Shown here piece by piece: positions 1-4,384 of a stretch of 11,423 nt of DNA. A model generated the notes under the pieces. The model was not told the origin of the DNA, ran no database searches, and was given only the letters and a program-made list of their open reading frames with translations. The DNA is from Promethearchaeota archaeon (GTDB taxonomy: Archaea; Asgardarchaeota; Lokiarchaeia; Sigyniarchaeales; SOKP01). The stretch spans positions 1-11,423 of the forward strand of contig JAFGOA010000190.1 in the NCBI GenBank assembly GCA_016926735.1, given 5' to 3'. Within the stretch, counting starts at the first letter, position 1. The number at the start of each line of letters is the position of its first letter. Made by a program: the position numbers and the translations under genes.

Positions 1-258
1 GCAATAGAAGAGTTAAAACATCATCACCCTAAAATAATTCTCTTAGATATTATACTACCTGATTTAAGTGGTTATGATTTATGTAAAAGTATTCATACTG
101 AAAAAAAAACAAAAAATATACCTGTTTATCTACTTACAGCAATCCCTGGTTCAGAAGTAGAAAAGAAGCTAGAGGAAACCTTAGCAGATGGATATATTTT
201 AAAACCATTTGATTTCAATGATTTTACCCCTATTTTTGATTATTTGAATAATTATTAA
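1..258 (+). CDS. Response regulator receiver (CheY-like REC) domain protein, 5'-truncated by the window edge
   Basis: Not in the ORF track. Frame 1 reads AIEELKHHHPKIILLDIILPDLSGYDLCKSIHTEKKTKNIPVYLLTAIPGSEVEKKLEETLADGYILKPFDFNDFTPIFDYLNNY, with TAA at 256-258. It has the phospho-acceptor Asp in ILLDIILPDLSG, the conserved Thr in LLTA and the GYILKPF motif typical of REC domains. Confidence 0.93.
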   Translation, partial: AIEELKHHHPKIILLDIILPDLSGYDLCKSIHTEKKTKNIPVYLLTAIPGSEVEKKLEETLADGYILKPFDFNDFTPIFDYLNNY

Positions 259-262
259 ATTT

Positions 263-745
263 CTATTCCGAAATAATCTCAAAAACCATTTTTTCAATAA
301 TTGGTTTCTTAGTATAACGTTTATCGTAGTACCATCCTACAAGATGGGGTTTTTGTTCTTTTTCTTCAATAGTTGGAATAATAATTATCATAACTCCATT
401 TGATAGATATTTTAAAATACGTTTATCAATTGTATGAAGTTTATCTCTACCTTCGGGATGAGTATGAGCTTGCCAAACAATATCTACTCCCAATTCTTCT
501 TTAAATTTTCGCATATTATAAATTTTTGATTTTTTATATCGCATCCAACTTCTTGGTTTTACATGTTTTTTTGTTTTCTTAAGATCATTATTAACAACAA
601 ATTTACTTACAATACCAAAATTTTCTTTTCTATCAGCAAAGATCCAATAGTGTTCAATATATGGATATGCTTCTTTAGCTTTTTGAGTTAATTCATTAAA
701 AATCCGTTCGGGTATTAAATACCTAAAATCCTCAGCACCACTCAT
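263..745 (-). CDS. JAB/MPN (JAMM)-like metalloprotease-domain protein, 160 aa
   Basis: N-terminal Glu in YPYIEHYWIF, a WQAHTHP-x6-H-TID motif matching the spacing of JAMM E...HxH-x7-S-x2-D, and a following hydrophobic strand (VMIIII). The size fits a stand-alone MPN domain. Confidence 0.7.
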   Translation of the reverse strand: MSGAEDFRYLIPERIFNELTQKAKEAYPYIEHYWIFADRKENFGIVSKFVVNNDLKKTKKHVKPRSWMRYKKSKIYNMRKFKEELGVDIVWQAHTHPEGRDKLHTIDKRILKYLSNGVMIIIIPTIEEKEQKPHLVGWYYDKRYTKKPIIEKMVFEIISE

Positions 746-924
746 TTTAGAATCTTGTATGTAAATGATTGATAAAATTTATATTTTTCTTTTATATGAA
801 AGGAAATTTCTATATTCTATATAAGAGGTCTTTTATTTTTTATACTAAAGATACTAAAGAATCATTTTGTTTAGAATCGAAAAAATAATATATTTGCATA
901 CATTTTTTAGTATCACTAAATTTA

Positions 925-938
925 GATAAAGTTAAATA
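925..938 (+). promoter_or_regulatory. Putative archaeal BRE/TATA promoter of tRNA-Ser
   Basis: A purine-rich GATAAAG is followed by TTAAATA at 932-938, about 21-27 nt upstream of the tRNA 5' end at 959. The background is AT-rich, so specificity is low. Confidence 0.35.
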
Positions 939-958
939 TTAGGATTATATTCAGAAAA

Positions 959-1057
959 GCAGATGTAGCCTAGTGGTAAGACGCCAGCCTTGAGGATTAA
1001 AAAATCAAGCAAGCTGGTGCGCGTAAGCGCTCGGGGGTTCAAATCCCCCCATCTGCG
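959..1057 (+). tRNA. tRNA-Ser(UGA) with a 17-nt canonical 37/38 intron (995-1011)
   Basis: Acceptor stem GCAGATG (959-965)/CATCTGC (1050-1056) with discriminator G1057. Anticodon stem CCAGC/GCTGG, anticodon TGA at 991-993. Long variable arm GCGC-GTAA-GCGC (type II, Ser). T arm GGGGG-TTCAAAT-CCCCC. BHB motif: CTTG (989-992) pairs with CAAG (1006-1009), with bulges AG|G and CA|A. CCA is not encoded. Confidence 0.95.
1037..1057 (+). repeat. att-like direct repeat, copy 1 (3' end of tRNA-Ser)
   Basis: GTTCAAATCCCCCCATCTGCG matches 2652-2672 at 20 of 21 positions. Confidence 0.9.
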
Positions 1058-1435
1058 TTGCTTTTCTATTTATTCTATTATTTATGTTTGATTTTTTTAA
1101 ACTTTGGATAAATAAATCAATAATCTTTAAGAAATATTTAAATTTACAAAATTTTTTTTAAAGAACTTTTAAAATTATATTTATAATTATCAAAAAATAG
1201 CATTATTATATATTGTTTTATTTCCCTAACTCTATTAGATAAACACAAGACTAATATTTTTATTAGAATAATCAATATTAATGAAGATAAACCTATTGAT
1301 TATAAAAAAAACTTCTCTCTGCTTATTAATGATGAGAAAATATATACTTTGGTATAAAAGATGATTAAAAATAAACATAAAAAAAATGGATAATAATCCC
1401 AAACATATCAACAAAATTATCAATATTTTATTAAT

Positions 1436-1798
1436 TTATCTCCAATTAGTACTAAATTTAAAACCTGGTTTAATTGTTTTTCGATATGCTGTACCTCTTG
1501 GATGAATATCTAATATTATCAGCTGGTCTAGTGAATTAGTATCACATTGTTCGCAATTAAAATATTTTGCAAATTCTTCAAAACATTGACGACAGTAGAG
1601 AAAAAGTATTCTTGATGAACCATAGGTAATTCTTTTAAAAAATTTAAGAGGTCCCTTAAGATTTGTGATCCTCTTAACATCTATTAATGTTATGTGATTT
1701 AATTCATATATAACATTTTTTCTTTTATTTTTTTTAACATAAATTTTAAAATTATTTTTAAAGTCTTCAGTGTATGCAATTGGAAGAGTTCCTGACAT
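1436..1798 (-). CDS. RelE/ParE-superfamily toxin-like protein with a CxxC-x9-CxxC insertion, 120 aa
   Basis: It shows the RelE-like layout: IAYTEDFKNNFK (beta1-alpha1), LKGPLKFFKRITYGSSRILF (the LkG...R...G.yRiif segment) and a C-terminal IILDIHPRGTAY (i.i.hR..Y). The protein is basic, and its ATG lies 2 nt after the upstream gene's stop. Confidence 0.75.
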   Translation of the reverse strand: MSGTLPIAYTEDFKNNFKIYVKKNKRKNVIYELNHITLIDVKRITNLKGPLKFFKRITYGSSRILFLYCRQCFEEFAKYFNCEQCDTNSLDQLIILDIHPRGTAYRKTIKPGFKFSTNWR

Positions 1799-1800
1799 TT

Positions 1801-2403
1801 TTAAAGTTGCACAAAATTAGCTGTTATACAATCTTTTATCCCTTTTTGAATATTCTGAAGAATTTTTGGATTTAATAATATTTCCACAGTATCATACCAA
1901 TCCTCATCAAGTTCGAATTTATATTTTGGATTGGAGATATTTCTTGGATCAATTATCGATTCAAACTCTTCATATTCATAAAATGATTGTCTTTTTATTC
2001 CTATATGTGGTAGATCATATATATATTTAGCCAAATCATCTCCATTAAATCCTTGAAACTCGTCGATAATATTATCAAAAATATTAAATAGATTACTATT
2101 TTCTTGAATTAGATCATCTATTTGTTTAAGAAATACACCAGTAGTTTCATTTTTATAATATCTGTTAGAATATTTAATATAAGTATTTTCTGCCAAATTA
2201 TCTAGATTTCGTTGAAATTTTTGATTATAAGGGCCCATTTGGCATTTTATCATATTATAGTGAGGTCCAATTGATTTTTTTAACAACATATCTTCCTCAA
2301 GGAGAAATATAAATTTAGCAACTCTTTTTCTACCTCCTCCTTTCTCTAATTTATTTAATAGGTAAAGATCTAAAATTAGATCCTCATAATTCACTCTATT
2401 CAC
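1801..2403 (-). CDS. Putative antitoxin: Panacea(SocA/DUF4065)/YwgA-like winged-helix domain with a Phd/YefM/RelB-like C-terminal helix, 200 aa
   Basis: GRKRVAKFIFLLE...YNMIKCQMGPYNQKFQRNLDNL resembles the 'lqKlvfl...y.f...yGPys..l...l..L' signature. The C-terminal DTVEILLNPKILQNIQKGIKD resembles the 'ETleil.np..m..i.....d' toxin-binding helix of Phd/YefM/RelB antitoxins. It has a GTG start with a strong SD and lies directly upstream of the RelE-like gene. Confidence 0.65.
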   Translation of the reverse strand: MNRVNYEDLILDLYLLNKLEKGGGRKRVAKFIFLLEEDMLLKKSIGPHYNMIKCQMGPYNQKFQRNLDNLAENTYIKYSNRYYKNETTGVFLKQIDDLIQENSNLFNIFDNIIDEFQGFNGDDLAKYIYDLPHIGIKRQSFYEYEEFESIIDPRNISNPKYKFELDEDWYDTVEILLNPKILQNIQKGIKDCITANFVQL

Positions 2404-2410
2404 AACACTT

Positions 2411-2416
2411 CCTCCT
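2411..2416 (-). promoter_or_regulatory. Shine-Dalgarno sequence (AGGAGG) of the antitoxin gene
   Basis: CCTCCT on the + strand at 2411-2416, with a 7-nt spacer to the GTG at 2403. Confidence 0.7.
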
Positions 2417-2651
2417 AAAATTTTATAGAAAATGATTTAAAAATAAGGTTTATAGTTTTAACATATTTTTGATCTTTCAATTTACATATAATCTCATCTA
2501 TAAAAAATATTTGGTTTTTTATTTATATTAAACTTTACTAGTAGTATCGAAATTCTGTTTTTTCTATTTAAACAAACTTTAAATGTTTCCAGAATTTTTT
2601 CCATAAATGAGAAAAAATAAAACAAAGTGCTAGTAAAACGATAGCAATTCC

Positions 2652-2672
2652 GTTCAAATCCCCTCATCTGCG
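2652..2672 (+). repeat. att-like direct repeat, copy 2 (displaced tRNA-Ser 3' fragment)
   Basis: GTTCAAATCCCCTCATCTGCG differs from 1037-1057 by one C>T. It is a GC-rich island in very AT-rich surroundings and has no 5' tRNA half upstream. Confidence 0.9.
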
Positions 2673-2829
2673 CTTATCTAATTTTTCGTTTATAAAAAAT
2701 TATATATCTTCATTTAATTTAGAAATGTGTTCAAATTCTATGATAAATTTATTAAAATATCATATATTAAGATCTTTATCTCAAAATTCAAAGAAAGGAT
2801 AGAAAATCTTAATTATAAATTTAAATCTT

Positions 2830-2933
2830 GGGCCATTAGCGCAGGCAGGTAGCGCAGCAGGCTCTTAACCTGAAGGTCGGGGGTTCAAATCTTGAGAAAA
2901 TTATTCTCAAGAGAATACATCCCCCATGGCCCG
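2830..2933 (+). tRNA. tRNA-Lys(CUU) with a 30-nt non-canonical T-loop intron (58/59; 2889-2918)
   Basis: Acceptor stem GGGCCAT (2830-2836)/ATGGCCC (2926-2932) with discriminator G2933. D stem GCGC/GCGC. Anticodon CTT at 2864-2866 in loop CTCTTAA. Removing 2889-2918 restores the T arm GGGGG-TTCAAAT-CCCCC. BHB motif: GTTC/GAAT helix, bulges AA|A and AC|A, and a 9-bp intron stem TCTTGAGAA/TTCTCAAGA. Confidence 0.93.
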
Positions 2934-2997
2934 TTATCTATATAATTTATTATATACTGATCAAAATTATTCCTAAAGATTAAATATTCTTATCATA

Positions 2998-3588
2998 TTA
3001 TGCTTTCATCTCCACCTTTCCTCTCTTATAATTCCATAATGAATTAATCTTCTCTGAAGGAGATTTGAAGGATACTAAATGTTCCCTCAAAGCTACACGT
3101 AAATCATCAAGAGTCTCAAAATATTCATTTGTGTTAATATCTTTCTTTAAGTCTCGCCATAAGATCTCTATAGGATTAAAATCTGGTGAGTAGGGGGGAA
3201 GAAAAATCAATTGTAATCGATCAGCAACACCTCTGAGAAATGGTTCGAGTAGTTTTGCATGATGAGAGGAAGCATTATCTAAAACTAAATATATTTTCCC
3301 TTGGATCATGGTATTTTCTAATAAACCCATAAGAAATCCAAGAAAATGGGGTGCATCCAGCATTTTAATCTCGGCAAAAGTACCTAATTTATTGGTTACA
3401 TCAATAACTCCAATGAGATTAAGATGTTTTCGACCACTATCAATAAAAACTTCAGGTCTCTCACCTTTTATCCACCATATTTTAGATATCCTGCGATTGA
3501 GCTCAAATGACGTTTCATCACAAAAAAGAAGGGCCTCACCGGCTTTCATGCTCAATATAAGTTCATTGAACTCTTTTAAAAACGTCAA
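2998..3588 (-). CDS. IS630 transposase, DDE catalytic part (orfB), joined to orfA by a -1 frameshift
   Basis: The catalytic triad motifs FCDETSF, LVLDNASSHH and LPPYSPDFNPIE are intact. The ORF lies in the -1 frame relative to orfA, directly after the A9 run (T9 at 3591-3599 on the + strand). Confidence 0.93.
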   Translation of the reverse strand: MTFLKEFNELILSMKAGEALLFCDETSFELNRRISKIWWIKGERPEVFIDSGRKHLNLIGVIDVTNKLGTFAEIKMLDAPHFLGFLMGLLENTMIQGKIYLVLDNASSHHAKLLEPFLRGVADRLQLIFLPPYSPDFNPIEILWRDLKKDINTNEYFETLDDLRVALREHLVSFKSPSEKINSLWNYKRGKVEMKA

Positions 3589-4064
3589 TCTTTTTTTTTA
3601 TCAGCTTTTGGTGATTTAGAACGTGGAACTATTAATCGGAATTCCATCCTATCAAGAAGGGCATAAATTCCATTTTGTGTCATTTTTACTCCAAATTTCT
3701 TTTTGATATGATAACAGATAGTTCTTCTATACCAATTTGAGAAATTGTATCCTAATTTTCTTGGGGAGGATAATAAATCAGATTTCAATTCTGATAATTC
3801 TTCCTGCGAAAGTTTTGCTGGGCGTCCAGATGATTTTTTCGGTTTTAAATGTTCTATTCCCTCTTCATTAAAACGCTCTACCCACCTCAAAATAGTCTCT
3901 TCATGAACATGTAAAATATATGTAACATCATCCACAGGAGTAAGATCGCAGAGCAGAGCGAGAGCATGATATCTCATCGCTAGGCGAGCATTATTTTCAT
4001 GTTTATAGAGGTCCCAAAAGGCAAGAGCAGGATCATACTCTAATACTACTTCACATGTATTCAT
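3585..4064 (-). CDS. IS630 transposase, N-terminal HTH part (orfA)
   Basis: Motifs ETILRWVERFNEEGIEHL, SGRPAKLS, PRKLGY..SNW and IKKKFGVKM are typical of the IS630 HTH regions. The likely start is the ATG at 4064 (MNTCEV) rather than the TTG at 4112. It ends just after an A9 run. Confidence 0.9.
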   Translation of the reverse strand: MNTCEVVLEYDPALAFWDLYKHENNARLAMRYHALALLCDLTPVDDVTYILHVHEETILRWVERFNEEGIEHLKPKKSSGRPAKLSQEELSELKSDLLSSPRKLGYNFSNWYRRTICYHIKKKFGVKMTQNGIYALLDRMEFRLIVPRSKSPKADKKKD

Positions 4065-4384
4065 AATTAGAATAAGAAGATTGAGTGAGCTAAATAAATA
4101 TATATTATACAAATATTATACTATCAACAAAAAATATTTTGATTAGTATATCTTTTTTTATCAACTGTTTTTTTTATTTTATCAAATTTATACAATTAAA
4201 ATTTTTAGTTTGCTACTAACTAATGTAATAACAATAAAAGGAGTCTAAATATCGCTTCAAAAAAGGATCTAAATTAAAATCTCAGAGAAAAGTATCAAAT
4301 TTGATGATTCCTCTAATAAATAGCGTTTTATTTAAATATTTTAATTGCTATTAGTATATTATAGCAAAGAATTTTTCTTTTATC

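Larger units (their letters stand above)
1037..2672. mobile_element. tRNA-Ser-integrated mini genomic island (repeat spacing 1615 bp) carrying a TA-like module, with no integrase
   Basis: It is flanked by a direct repeat of the tRNA 3' end that begins at the T loop, the classic attL/attR geometry of tyrosine-integrase elements. The cargo is a two-gene TA-like operon. Confidence 0.75.
2955..4148 (-). mobile_element. IS630-family insertion sequence (~1.19 kb), apparently complete
   Basis: The inverted repeat ATATACTGATCAAAAT (2952-2967) matches the reverse complement of 4136-4151 (ATATACTAATCAAAAT) at 15 of 16 positions, including flanking TA dinucleotides (2953-2954 and 4149-4150), the IS630 target duplication. 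It encloses the split DDE transposase. The exact ends are uncertain by 2 bp because of TATA ambiguity. Confidence 0.88.

Noticed and set aside
842-859. Tandem ATACTAAAG x2 in the divergent promoter region
   Set aside because: There are only two 9-bp copies in AT-rich DNA, with no spacers. It is not a CRISPR array and may be chance.
959-1057. tRNA-Sec or opal suppressor interpretation
   Set aside because: The anticodon is UGA, which reads the Ser codon UCA. tRNA-Sec would need anticodon UCA. The 7/5 acceptor/T-stem layout is standard, not Sec-like.
1235-1423. 62-aa hydrophobic ORF downstream of the toxin (possible third, membrane component)
   Set aside because: Its I/F/L/N-rich composition is what very AT-rich non-coding DNA gives, and it has a non-ATG start and no motif. 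It cannot be fully excluded, but nothing supports it.
2652-2672. 3' half of a split (trans-spliced) tRNA
   Set aside because: A complete tRNA-Ser gene is already present, and there is no GC-rich complementary leader or BHB-forming flank. An att duplication is the simpler explanation.
2889-2918. Hairpin read as a terminator or MITE inactivating tRNA-Lys
   Set aside because: The precise BHB geometry and exact restoration of the T loop fit a spliceable intron better.
3308-3619. 103-aa + strand ORF
   Set aside because: It is an antisense shadow of the IS630 transposase with no independent features.
4065-4112. TTG start at 4112 for transposase orfA
   Set aside because: The extra 16 codons are low-complexity AT-rich sequence close to the IS end. 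The ATG at 4064 gives a more typical transposase length.
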